The translations under genes and the position numbers were made by a program. A model generated the notes under the pieces. That model made no database searches. It saw only the letters and a list, made by a program, of their open reading frames with translations, and was not told where the DNA came from. Shown piece after piece: positions 1 through 9,230 of a DNA stretch of 64,000 nucleotides (positions within the stretch are counted from its first letter, which is position 1; every line of letters begins with the position of its first letter). This DNA comes from a bacterium (lineage in GTDB: Bacteria > Bacillota > Clostridia > Lachnospirales > Lachnospiraceae): assembly GCA_029012425.1 (NCBI GenBank), contig JAQXMB010000059.1, forward strand, positions 9,645 through 73,644, in the 5' to 3' direction.

Positions 1-334
1 GCTCGTTGCCTTCCAGCTGGCGAAGCGCAGCCATGCAGTCTGTCTGCATGATACGACACTGATCGGCAAGTTTTGTGAAGCGCATATTTTCATTAATTAC
101 TTCACATGCTTTCTTATTGTTCTCGACAAATACACAATGTTTTGCGCCTCTGCTGACAGCTTCTAATCCAATCTGACCGCTTCCGGCAAACAAATCAAGA
201 AAGCGGGCATCTGACAGCTCGGGGGAAAGAATATTAAAAAGTGTTTCTTTTATTCGATCGGTTGTTGGTCTGGTATCTTTTCCGGGTAATGTCTTAAGCG
301 GTAATCGCCGCGCTTTTCCGGCAATAATTCTCAT
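1..334 (-). CDS. rsmD: 16S rRNA m2G966 methyltransferase RsmD (runs off window edge)
   Basis: Manual translation from ATG 334: MRIIAGKARRLPLKTLPGKDTRPTTDRIKETLFNIL...FLDLFAGSGQIGLEAVSRGA; SD GGAGAG upstream. Not in the ORF track. Confidence 0.95.
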   Translation of the reverse strand, partial: MRIIAGKARRLPLKTLPGKDTRPTTDRIKETLFNILSPELSDARFLDLFAGSGQIGLEAVSRGAKHCVFVENNKKACEVINENMRFTKLADQCRIMQTDCMAALRQLEGNE

Positions 335-378
335 GTTTCATCTCTCCAATTCATGCCTGACTGTGTATTCCTGCAATT

Positions 379-852
379 CTATTTTGAAAGCATCTGATGC
401 AAAAGCTTCAGTGCTGCCATAACCGACTGATTTCTCACACTGCTCCGGTCTCCCATAAATTGATGGCGTTCCGAGATTACCATACCATCACAATAGCAGC
501 CAAGGTAGACCAGCCCAACAGGTTTTTCATCGGTTCCACCGCCCGGTCCTGCAATCCCGCTTGCAGCAATTGCCACTTGTGCGTTTGCATGCATGGCAGC
601 GCCTTTAGCCATTTCTTCTACTGTCTGTGCACTGACCGCTCCATATGTCGCTAGCGTATCTGCAGATACACCTACCAGCTTGGTTTTTGCTTCATTGGAA
701 TAGGTGATATATCCTTCCTGAAACCACTCAGAGATCCCGGGTACATCAACTAATGTGCCTGCAATCAGGCCGCCGGTGCATGATTCAGCAGTTGTAATAC
801 GATACTTTTTTTCTGCAAGTAAATGAACGATTTCTGAAGCCAAATCAACCAT
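379..852 (-). CDS. CinA C-terminal domain / NMN deamidase (PncC-like), stand-alone
   Basis: TAESCTGGLIA, TYSNEAK, SGIAGPGGG..KPVGLVY motifs; lacks the N-terminal MoCF domain of full CinA. Confidence 0.9.
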   Translation of the reverse strand: MVDLASEIVHLLAEKKYRITTAESCTGGLIAGTLVDVPGISEWFQEGYITYSNEAKTKLVGVSADTLATYGAVSAQTVEEMAKGAAMHANAQVAIAASGIAGPGGGTDEKPVGLVYLGCYCDGMVISERHQFMGDRSSVRNQSVMAALKLLHQMLSK

Positions 853-1391
853 TACTTTTGCTCCCTCAGCACATCTTTATTCTTAACCAGATAATCAATC
901 AGCGAAATAATCGTAAGTGCTACTGCAATCCATGTCAACGCTACGCCAAGATAGTGAAAAGCATTGCCGGGAAAATCTAATATTAAAACAATAATCATTA
1001 ACATTTGAAAGGTTGTCTTAAACTTTCCCCAATAACTGGCAGCAATCACAACATGATTATCTGCTGCAACAAGACGAAAACCACTGATAATAAATTCACG
1101 GCAGATAATAACAATTACGATCCACGCTGCAAGCTGGTCACTTGCGACCAGGCAGATCAATGCGGAACATACTAACAGTTTATCAGCAAGAGGGTCCATA
1201 AATTTGCCGAAATTTGTCACTAAATTATATTTTCTGGCAATTTTTCCATCGAGAAGATCCGTAAGACTTGCTATAATAAAAATCGCAACTGCAATATAAT
1301 TGCTATAAGGTACAACCGGCCAAAGTAAAAAGAATACCATAAAAGGAATCAGTATTACACGCATAATTGTTAATTTGTTCGGTAAATTCAT
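852..1391 (-). CDS. pgsA: CDP-diacylglycerol--glycerol-3-phosphate phosphatidyltransferase
   Basis: MNLPNKLT..R, TDLLDGKIARKYNLVTNFGKFMDPLADK CDP-alcohol phosphotransferase motif. Confidence 0.97.
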   Translation of the reverse strand: MNLPNKLTIMRVILIPFMVFFLLWPVVPYSNYIAVAIFIIASLTDLLDGKIARKYNLVTNFGKFMDPLADKLLVCSALICLVASDQLAAWIVIVIICREFIISGFRLVAADNHVVIAASYWGKFKTTFQMLMIIVLILDFPGNAFHYLGVALTWIAVALTIISLIDYLVKNKDVLREQK

Positions 1392-2716
1392 AATACAATC
1401 TCTCCCATCAAATCATAATCTAACGCCGAAGTAACGCGTACTTTTACAAAAGCTCCGGAAACTAATTCTTCATCTGTGTGAATAAAAAGATATCCGTCAA
1501 CGCCGGGAGCATCCCGATAGGTTCTTGCCACATAGGCATTTTCATCTGTAACCTTTCCTTCAACAAATGCCCAAAGCTCTTTTCCAATCATTGCTTCATT
1601 CAAATCAAAAGAGATTTCCTGCTGAAGTTCCATTACATCATCGCGCCGGGTGAGTTTTGTTTCCTCATCAATCTGATCATCAAATTCAGCCGCAGGTGTA
1701 TTTTCTTCCGGCGAATAAGCAAATGCGCCAAGACGATCAAATTCTGCCCAGTTAATAAATTCGAGAAGTCTTTGATGTGCTTCTTTTGTTTCTCCCGGAA
1801 ATCCGCATATCAGTGTGGTTCTCAAGCAAATATCGGGTATCTCTTTTCTTAATAATTCAATTTTATCTGCAAGCTCGGCCCCATTTGTGCGACGCCCCAT
1901 TCTTCGCAGAATATCGTCATCCATATGCTGAATCGGCATATCCAGATAATGAACAACCTTGTCATTTCTTTTGATTGCATCAATGAGTGATTGGTCAATT
2001 TCCTCGGGATAACAATACATAATTCTTATCCAGTAAAGACCTTCGATTTTATTTAATTCATCAAGCAGTCGATACAACGATTTTTCACCATAGAGATCTG
2101 TCCCGTAAAGCGTTGTCTCCTGTGCAACTAATATTAATTCCTTTACGCCTTGTTCAACAAGCGCTTTCGCCTGTTCTAACAGTTCTTCCATTGGCACACT
2201 ACGATAGCTTCCCCGAATGGATGGAATGACGCAGTAAGTACAATGTTTATCGCATCCTTCTGCAATTTTTAAATAGGCATAATGTCCGCCGGTAGTTACC
2301 AATCGTTTGACGGAACGAACATTTGGAAGACCTTCTAAGGAATGATAATTCTTGTAGACACTTCCGGACAATACTTGTTCGACAGCCTCAACAATCGCGT
2401 CATATGCATTGGTTCCGAGTACAGCGTCTACCTCGGGAATCTCCGTCAGAATCTCATCACGATATCTTTGTGCAAGGCAACCTGTGACAAGTAAAGCCTT
2501 CAACTTTCCTGTTTGCTTCAGCTGCGCCATGGCAAGGATCGTTTCAATACTTTCTTCTTTCGCATCTCCGATAAAACAGCAGGAATTAACAATAATCACA
2601 TCTGCTTCCGTTTCATCATCTGTTAATGTATATCCCGCCGCGTGAAGCATACCAATCATATACTCAGAATCAACCAGATTCTTATCACAGCCGAGTGAAA
2701 TAAACAATAAATTCAT
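1388..2716 (-). CDS. rimO: Ribosomal protein S12 methylthiotransferase
   Basis: SLGCDKNLVDSE, radical-SAM CDKHCTYC, C-terminal TRAM domain (DAPGVDG). Confidence 0.96.
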   Translation of the reverse strand: MNLLFISLGCDKNLVDSEYMIGMLHAAGYTLTDDETEADVIIVNSCCFIGDAKEESIETILAMAQLKQTGKLKALLVTGCLAQRYRDEILTEIPEVDAVLGTNAYDAIVEAVEQVLSGSVYKNYHSLEGLPNVRSVKRLVTTGGHYAYLKIAEGCDKHCTYCVIPSIRGSYRSVPMEELLEQAKALVEQGVKELILVAQETTLYGTDLYGEKSLYRLLDELNKIEGLYWIRIMYCYPEEIDQSLIDAIKRNDKVVHYLDMPIQHMDDDILRRMGRRTNGAELADKIELLRKEIPDICLRTTLICGFPGETKEAHQRLLEFINWAEFDRLGAFAYSPEENTPAAEFDDQIDEETKLTRRDDVMELQQEISFDLNEAMIGKELWAFVEGKVTDENAYVARTYRDAPGVDGYLFIHTDEELVSGAFVKVRVTSALDYDLMGEIVL

Positions 2717-2741
2717 ATTCGCTCCTATTACCTAAATATGT

Positions 2742-2767
2742 AAAAAAGCCCAAGTCGCCTCAGGCTT
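2742..2767 (-). terminator. Intrinsic terminator after rpoZ
   Basis: Minus strand AAGCCUGAG-GCGA-CUUGGGCUU followed by a U-tract. Confidence 0.65.
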
Positions 2768-2777
2768 ATTTACAGTA

Positions 2778-3029
2778 CTATTCTTCAGTAACCTCATCTT
2801 CGTCACTCAAGATTTTTACTTTTCCCTGATAGATTTCATCTACCGCAATTGATAGGGGCTTCTTACCCTTGGCACCCTCAACGAGAGGCTCATCTCCCGC
2901 AATAATCTGACGAGCTCGTTTCGATGCTGCAAGTGCAATGGAATAACGGCTGTTTACAACCGGCTCCTCACCGATTACTACATCATGGTTTACGACCTTC
3001 ATTAATTCTACATAAGACGGATGAATCAT
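2778..3029 (-). CDS. rpoZ: RNA polymerase omega subunit
   Basis: SRYSIALAASKRARQI...KPLSIAVDEI; directly after gmk. Confidence 0.95.
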   Translation of the reverse strand: MIHPSYVELMKVVNHDVVIGEEPVVNSRYSIALAASKRARQIIAGDEPLVEGAKGKKPLSIAVDEIYQGKVKILSDEDEVTEE

Positions 3030-3670
3030 TATTTGTTGTTCTCCTTTCGATATGCTTCTAATTCTACTCTAAATTTATTAAGAAATTCATCATTACGACT
3101 CATTCTTGCATGTTCATTTTGCAGAATCTCATGGACCTGCTTTACACAATCATCTAAATGATCATTAATAATCAGATAGTCATATGCCTCACAGCCTTTC
3201 GATTCTTCACAGGCACGACATAATCGGTCACAAATCACCTCAAGGGTTTCGGTCCCTCTTCCGATAAGTCTGTCCTTCAAAGCTTCAAAGCTGGGCGGCG
3301 TTACAAACAAAAGTACTGTATCCGGGTATTTTTGTTTGATTTTGAGTGCTCCCTGAATCTCGATTTCAAGAATTACATCCTTACCTTTGGCAAGCTGTTC
3401 TTTTACATAATCTTTCGGGGTCCCGTAATAGTGATCGCAATAGCGTGCGTACTCAAGCAATCCATCTTCCGCAATCAATTGTTCGAATTGTTCATCGGTT
3501 CGGAAAAAATATTCTCTTCCGTCAATCTCTCCGGGTCTCGGAGATCTTGTCGTCGCGGAAATTGATAATGCATACTGCTCGGGATACTTCTTAAGAAGTT
3601 CCTTCATAATGGTACCTTTTCCTGATCCGGAAAACCCTGAGACCACTGTTAAAACTCCTGTCTTATTCAT
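3029..3670 (-). CDS. gmk: Guanylate kinase
   Basis: GFSGSGKGT P-loop, SATTRSPRPGE.DG.EYFF, YYGT. Confidence 0.97.
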   Translation of the reverse strand: MNKTGVLTVVSGFSGSGKGTIMKELLKKYPEQYALSISATTRSPRPGEIDGREYFFRTDEQFEQLIAEDGLLEYARYCDHYYGTPKDYVKEQLAKGKDVILEIEIQGALKIKQKYPDTVLLFVTPPSFEALKDRLIGRGTETLEVICDRLCRACEESKGCEAYDYLIINDHLDDCVKQVHEILQNEHARMSRNDEFLNKFRVELEAYRKENNK

Positions 3671-3932
3671 CTTTTTTCTCCTCTGATGCTTCTTTCGTCC
3701 CCTTCATTCTTCCCGCCAAGGTATCCGGAAGTAATGCCGATAGAACCACCCTGTCATTTTCAGTAATAATAAGTGCTCTTGTCCGGCGGCCTTGTGTTGC
3801 ATCAATCAGTCTGAATTCTTCTTTCGCCTTTTGTACCATACGCTTTGCCGGTGCAGAATCAGGCGTTATCATTGCAACCACCTTGTCTGTATTCACCAAA
3901 TTACCAAAGCCGATATTCATAAAATTACTCAA
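3663..3932 (-). CDS. remA: RemA / DUF370 family regulator
   Basis: NIGFGN.V...SAPAKR...LIDATQGRRTR; conserved yicC-remA-gmk-rpoZ order. Confidence 0.92.
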   Translation of the reverse strand: MSNFMNIGFGNLVNTDKVVAMITPDSAPAKRMVQKAKEEFRLIDATQGRRTRALIITENDRVVLSALLPDTLAGRMKGTKEASEEKKDE

Positions 3933-4803
3933 TGTTCTGTATCTGCTCCCTTACCTTTTCAATATCGGTCTTAAGGTTGATTCCGATATCAGAAATCTGC
4001 AAATCATTGGATTTTGACAGGATCGTATTGGCTTCCCGATTCATTTCCTGAGCGATAAAGTCAAGCTTACGGCCGACGCTTCCTTCTGATTGCAACACAT
4101 CCTTCATTGCTTTGATATGACTGCGAAGACGAACAATCTCCTCGTCAACACAAATCTTATCTGCAAAAAGTGTGACTTCTGTAGCAATTCTTCCTTCGTC
4201 AACCGAAACTCCCTCCAGCAGGTCATGAATTTTGGTGACAAGCTTGGTTCGATACTCTGAGATAATCTCCGGCGAACGCTTCTCGATAAAATCAACATAA
4301 GTAACCATCGTATCCAGTTTTGCAATTAAATCCGTCTTCAGATGTTCTCCCTCTGCGATGCGCGATTCAACAAACTTTTCACATGCGCCGCGAACTGCTT
4401 TTTCAAGTAAAGACCACAGCTCATTTTCATCTGTATCCTCTTCTTCCATCACAAATACTTCGGGATATCTTGAAAGTGCACTGACACGGATATCATTCTC
4501 TATTCCAAATGTCAACGCCATCTGCTTTAAATAGGTCAGATACTGCCCCGCAAGTGCTTCGTTATACTTAAGTGCTGAACAATTCTGTGAGAGATCCTGA
4601 TACGATACATATACATCAACCTTTCCGCGCTCAATATATTCCTTGAGCAGAGAACGAATCGGTGTTTCAAATACACTCAGTTTTTTGGGTAATTTTATCC
4701 CAGCATCTAAATATCGGTGATTCACAGCCTTCATCTCAACTGTAATTTTTATTTGACTGTCCGCCACTTCACACCGACCAAAACCGGTCATGCTTTTTAC
4801 CAT
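3925..4803 (-). CDS. YicC/YloC family endoribonuclease
   Basis: KSMTGFGR, VNHRYLD, GRKLDFIAQEMNREANTI..K, EKVREQIQNIE; start moved to the ATG after GGAGGA. Confidence 0.95.
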   Translation of the reverse strand: MVKSMTGFGRCEVADSQIKITVEMKAVNHRYLDAGIKLPKKLSVFETPIRSLLKEYIERGKVDVYVSYQDLSQNCSALKYNEALAGQYLTYLKQMALTFGIENDIRVSALSRYPEVFVMEEEDTDENELWSLLEKAVRGACEKFVESRIAEGEHLKTDLIAKLDTMVTYVDFIEKRSPEIISEYRTKLVTKIHDLLEGVSVDEGRIATEVTLFADKICVDEEIVRLRSHIKAMKDVLQSEGSVGRKLDFIAQEMNREANTILSKSNDLQISDIGINLKTDIEKVREQIQNIE

Positions 4804-4865
4804 TTTATCCTCCAATCACTATGCATCTACCTTCTCAAAATATATCTGTATGCATAGATAAATTT

Positions 4866-4894
4866 ATTATAAGACAATCATTATCATTCGTCAA
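4866..4894 (-). promoter_or_regulatory. sigma-A promoter of the yicC operon, with a Fur/PerR-like box in the spacer
   Basis: TTGACG-17-TATAAT on the minus strand; spacer contains AGACAAT-C-ATTATCA (4872-4886). Confidence 0.75.
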
Positions 4895-4913
4895 ACATTT
4901 TGAAAGGCTGTAA

Positions 4914-4942
4914 TTGTATTTTTTGCAATTATTCTGTATAAT
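4914..4942 (+). promoter_or_regulatory. sigma-A promoter of rqcH
   Basis: TTGTAT-17-TATAAT upstream of AGGAGG SD. Confidence 0.7.
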
Positions 4943-4981
4943 TCAAGGAATGAAATCTAGTGATGACAGGAGGATTTTCCG

Positions 4982-6730
4982 ATGGCTTTTGACGGAATCG
5001 TTGTTGCAAATATAGTAAATGAATTAAATCAAACAATCATTGGTGCTCGTATCAGTAAAATTGCTCAGCCGGAAAATGATGCATTGCTTTTGACATTGAA
5101 GGGGGACTGTGGGCAACGACGCCTTCTTCTGTGTGCAAATGCTTCGCTTCCATTTGTATATCTGACCGAAAAAAACCGCCCAAGCCCCATGACTGCACCG
5201 AACTTTTGTATGCTTCTTCGCAAGTTTATCGCAAATGGAAAAATTGTTGCAATCACACAGCCTTCGCTCGAAAGAATCATTCAATTTGATATTGAACATC
5301 TCGATGAGCTTGGCGATTTACGCAAAAAGAGGCTGATTGTTGAATTGATGGGAAAACACAGTAATATAATTTTTTGCGACGAATCGGATAAAATTATTGA
5401 CAGTATTAAACACATTCCGTTGTCAGTCAGCTCTGTCCGCGAGGTATTACCCGGGAGAACATACTTCATTACAAATACGCAGGATAAATTTGATCCTTTG
5501 CTTGCAACGAAGGAAAGCTTCCTTTCTGATGCATGTACAAAAGCGACAACGATAACCAAAGCGCTCTATACAACCTATACGGGAATCAGTCCCACAATTG
5601 CGAACGAAATTTGTCATCGCGGCGGAATTGACGCGGATCAGCCAATGGACAGTTTGAAGATTGATGAAAAAAGCCATCTTGCGAACGAATTTCTCTGGCT
5701 GATTGATGATATTAAAGCAGGGAAATTTATGCCCTGTATTATTCGAAAAGGGAACGAACCCATTGAATTTAGTGCACTTCCTTTGAGCGAATATACTGAT
5801 TTTTCTGATTATCAGATGAATACCTATGATTCCATTTCAGCTGTATTGGAACAATATTATGCCGACAGAGATCTATATACAAGAATTCGTCAAAAGTCCG
5901 TCGATTTACGACGAATTGTTACGACCGCTCTCGAGCGCGATGTAAAAAAACTCTCTCTTCAGAAAAAACAATTGGAAGACACAAAAAAAAGAGAGAAATA
6001 TAAAATCTATGGTGAGCTTTTACTGACTTATGGTTACAATATTCCTGAAGGCGCAAAGAAAGCGGAAGTAATCAACTATTATACAAATGAGCCTGTCACC
6101 ATTCCGCTTGATGAACAGCTGACTGCTCACGAAAATTCACAACGCTATTTTTCGAAATATAATAAATTAAAGCGTACGCACGAAGCGTTAGAAGGATTAA
6201 CCAAAGAGGTTGCAGATGAAATCGCCTATCTTGAGTCTGTTTCTAACGCTCTCGATATTGCTGTTTCAGAAGAAGATCTGATTGCGATTAAACAGGAACT
6301 GGTTGCATCCGGTTTTATAAAAAAACACGCGGAAAAGAAAGGAAGCCGTTCAGCAAAAAGCACACCGTTTCACTATCGCTCCAATGACGGATATGATATT
6401 TATGTCGGAAAAAATAATCTTCAAAATGAGGAATTGACTTTTAAAGTGGCAAACGGCGGTGATTGGTGGTTTCATGCAAAGGGAATCCCCGGCTCGCATG
6501 TCATTGTAAAAACTGGTGGTGATGAGCTTCCTGACCGGACATTTGAAGAGGCAGCACGCCTTGCCGGATATTACTCAAAAGGTCGTGAGACCGATAAAAT
6601 TGAAATTGATTATTTACAACGAAAAAATGTTAAGAAACCAAATGGATCCGCACCGGGATTTGTCGTGTATTACACAAATTATTCGATGACCGTAAGTCCT
6701 GATATTTCAGATATTCCATTTGTTGAATAA
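4982..6730 (+). CDS. rqcH: NFACT / RqcH (FbpA-like) ribosome quality-control protein
   Basis: MAFDG, FCMLLRK, ELMGKHSNII, VGKNNLQNEELT..WFH..PGSHV. Confidence 0.95.
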   Translation: MAFDGIVVANIVNELNQTIIGARISKIAQPENDALLLTLKGDCGQRRLLLCANASLPFVYLTEKNRPSPMTAPNFCMLLRKFIANGKIVAITQPSLERIIQFDIEHLDELGDLRKKRLIVELMGKHSNIIFCDESDKIIDSIKHIPLSVSSVREVLPGRTYFITNTQDKFDPLLATKESFLSDACTKATTITKALYTTYTGISPTIANEICHRGGIDADQPMDSLKIDEKSHLANEFLWLIDDIKAGKFMPCIIRKGNEPIEFSALPLSEYTDFSDYQMNTYDSISAVLEQYYADRDLYTRIRQKSVDLRRIVTTALERDVKKLSLQKKQLEDTKKREKYKIYGELLLTYGYNIPEGAKKAEVINYYTNEPVTIPLDEQLTAHENSQRYFSKYNKLKRTHEALEGLTKEVADEIAYLESVSNALDIAVSEEDLIAIKQELVASGFIKKHAEKKGSRSAKSTPFHYRSNDGYDIYVGKNNLQNEELTFKVANGGDWWFHAKGIPGSHVIVKTGGDELPDRTFEEAARLAGYYSKGRETDKIEIDYLQRKNVKKPNGSAPGFVVYYTNYSMTVSPDISDIPFVE

Positions 6731-6747
6731 AATGACATACTTTGTCT

Positions 6748-6776
6748 GTTTATTTTCATCTTTCATTCACATACTA
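6748..6776 (+). promoter_or_regulatory. sigma-G-type promoter of the SASP gene
   Basis: GTTTA-17-CATACTA; alpha/beta SASP genes are established sigma-G targets. Confidence 0.65.
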
Positions 6777-6835
6777 TGTGTACCAACAGTAAATCTGTTG
6801 TTGAAATACAAAAGAATGTAATGGAGGAAACAACA

Positions 6836-7039
6836 ATGGCAAGTTCAAGAAATACTACTTCTGTACCGGAAGCTAAAGAAGCTATGAATCGTTTCAAATA
6901 TGAGGTTGCAAGCGAGCTTGGAGTACCGTTAAAGGATGGATATAACGGAGATCTTACCTCTAGACAGAATGGTTCTGTAGGTGGCTATATGGTTAAGAAA
7001 ATGATTGAAGCCCAGGAAAAACAGATGGCCGGCAAATAA
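6836..7039 (+). CDS. alpha/beta-type small acid-soluble spore protein
   Basis: FKYEVASELGV...GDLTSRQNGSVGGYMVKKMI; start at ATG 6836 after GGAGG. Confidence 0.96.
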   Translation: MASSRNTTSVPEAKEAMNRFKYEVASELGVPLKDGYNGDLTSRQNGSVGGYMVKKMIEAQEKQMAGK

Positions 7040-7082
7040 CACAGCCTCTTTTTTCAGAATTACTTCATCACAATAATGAAAT

Positions 7083-7121
7083 TAAGAGCACTTTGACGAA
7101 CAATCCGTCAAAGTGCTCTTA
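7083..7121. terminator. Bidirectional terminator between SASP and recG
   Basis: Perfect 16-bp inverted repeat TAAGAGCACTTTGACG/CGTCAAAGTGCTCTTA between convergent genes. Confidence 0.85.
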
Positions 7122-7132
7122 TTTGTTGCCTG

Positions 7133-9190
7133 TTATAATGTAAGAGAAATATTCTGTGTATCGAAAATCAGGCGCATTTTTTTGCAGAGGATTTCATGTT
7201 CCGGAGCCAAAAGATGCGGATCTGTTTCTAAAATACGCTTTACCTCAGAAGCAGCATCCTGCATAACGCGGGCATCTGTGTAAATGTCTGCAAGGCGAAA
7301 ATTCATATCTCCGCTTTGTCGGATACCAAAGAAATCACCCGGACCGCGCAGCTTCAAATCTTCTGAAGCAATCCAAAATCCATCGTTTGAGTGATTGAGA
7401 ATATCCAATCTTTCCCTGGCCCGGTCTGAATCAGATGCATTCATCATAATACAATAGGATTGATCCGCTCCTCTTCCGACCCGCCCTCTCAGCTGATGAA
7501 GCTGCGCCAGTCCAAAACGGTCTGCATTTTCAATCATCATCACTGTTGCATTGGGGACATTTACACCCACTTCAATAACAGTCGTGGAAACAAGGATATC
7601 AATATCTCCGTTTTTAAATGCCTCCATAATTTCATTTTTTTCTGCAGCTTTCATTTTGCCATGCAAATATTCGATTCTAATATCGTCTGGCAAGGCAGAT
7701 TTTAATTGTTGTGTATAATCAATTACATTATTGGCATCATAGTTATCGGATGCTTCAACCAACGGACAAATAATATATGCCTGATGACCGGCATGTACTT
7801 CTTTTTCAAGAAAAGCATTTGCTTTCGTACGATAATTCTCTCCAACGACACAGTTTTTTATCGGTTGCCTGCTTGCCGGCAATTCGTTCATCACCGAAAT
7901 ATCCATATCTCCATACAAAATGATGGCAAGTGTCCGTGGAATCGGAGTTGCACTCATAACCAGCACATGTGGTGTCTGACCTTTATCAGCAAAGGTCTCA
8001 CGCTGCTTTACACCAAAGCGATGTTGTTCGTCGGTGATTACCAAAGCAAGTTTCTGATAGGAAACGGCTTCCTGAATCAACGCATGCGTACCGACAATCA
8101 ATGCATTTTCGCATTCTGCGATCACTTTCTGGGCTTCCCGTTTCTGTTTTGCAGTCATAGATCCTGTCAAAAGGACAATCCTCTTATGTATTCCGAATAA
8201 GTCACATAATTCCTCAAAAGACTGTGCATGTTGTTTTGCCAAAACTTCTGTAGGTGCCATAATTGCTGATTGGAATCCACTGTCTGATGCAAACAGCATT
8301 GCCAAAAAAGCAACAATTGTTTTTCCACTTCCAACATCACCCTGAACAAGACGATGCATTAAAACCTCCCCCTGCATATCACATAATATTTCATTCAAGG
8401 TTCGTCTCTGTGCACCGGTAAGTGAATAGGGAAGCTTCGAACAATAATCATCAATCACTGCTTCTGAGCAAAAATGATACGGATTTAACTGTTTTTCCTC
8501 TCCTCTTTTTTGCAACTGCATGGTCATGATGAACAGGAAAAATTCATCAAATACCAGTCGTTTTCTTGCCCATGTCAAAGTATCCATGGATTCCGGGAAA
8601 TGAATCTGTTCATATGCAAAATTGTATTCCGCAAGCTCATAACGCTTTCGAATCGTATCCGGCATATAATCACCGTAAGAATCGACGGATTTAAGTGCTG
8701 CTTTCACACTTTTACACATCAATCGGTTGGATATTCCTCGTGTCAGTGCATATACCGGCTGTAGGCTTCCTTCAATGGACTGATACTCTTCCGCAGAAAA
8801 GACCGCGGGCTGTTCCATATGATAAACATTATTTTTTAATGTGATTTTACCGTATAATACAACGGTCTTACCTTTTTTTAAACTGCTTGCGATATAAGGT
8901 AATCGAAACCAAATTACCTCAAGCGAGACACCTTGCATGGATTCATTCAACACGGTAATTGTCATTGCCCGTGTTCTTCTGACAACCGGTTGACGGGAAA
9001 TGGTTAAAAGAACGGCTGAGGTTGTTTCGGGCTGAAGTTCAAAAATACTTTTCGCATATGGATATTGAACATAATCGCGTGGAAAATGAAGGAGTATATC
9101 ACCAACGGTGTATACTCCCATTTTCTGTAATAATTGTTCAGTTTTTTCACCCACGCCCTTTATGCTTGAAATTGGGGCATTTAATTCCAT
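7133..9190 (-). CDS. recG: ATP-dependent DNA helicase RecG
   Basis: QGDVGSGKT, DEQHRFGV.QR, MSATPIPRTL, QLHQLRGRVGRG, DLKLRGPGDFFG. Confidence 0.98.
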   Translation of the reverse strand: MELNAPISSIKGVGEKTEQLLQKMGVYTVGDILLHFPRDYVQYPYAKSIFELQPETTSAVLLTISRQPVVRRTRAMTITVLNESMQGVSLEVIWFRLPYIASSLKKGKTVVLYGKITLKNNVYHMEQPAVFSAEEYQSIEGSLQPVYALTRGISNRLMCKSVKAALKSVDSYGDYMPDTIRKRYELAEYNFAYEQIHFPESMDTLTWARKRLVFDEFFLFIMTMQLQKRGEEKQLNPYHFCSEAVIDDYCSKLPYSLTGAQRRTLNEILCDMQGEVLMHRLVQGDVGSGKTIVAFLAMLFASDSGFQSAIMAPTEVLAKQHAQSFEELCDLFGIHKRIVLLTGSMTAKQKREAQKVIAECENALIVGTHALIQEAVSYQKLALVITDEQHRFGVKQRETFADKGQTPHVLVMSATPIPRTLAIILYGDMDISVMNELPASRQPIKNCVVGENYRTKANAFLEKEVHAGHQAYIICPLVEASDNYDANNVIDYTQQLKSALPDDIRIEYLHGKMKAAEKNEIMEAFKNGDIDILVSTTVIEVGVNVPNATVMMIENADRFGLAQLHQLRGRVGRGADQSYCIMMNASDSDRARERLDILNHSNDGFWIASEDLKLRGPGDFFGIRQSGDMNFRLADIYTDARVMQDAASEVKRILETDPHLLAPEHEILCKKMRLIFDTQNISLTL

Positions 9191-9230
9191 GTGAAACTCC
9201 TATCTGAAAAAATCATCGAAACCAAATATA

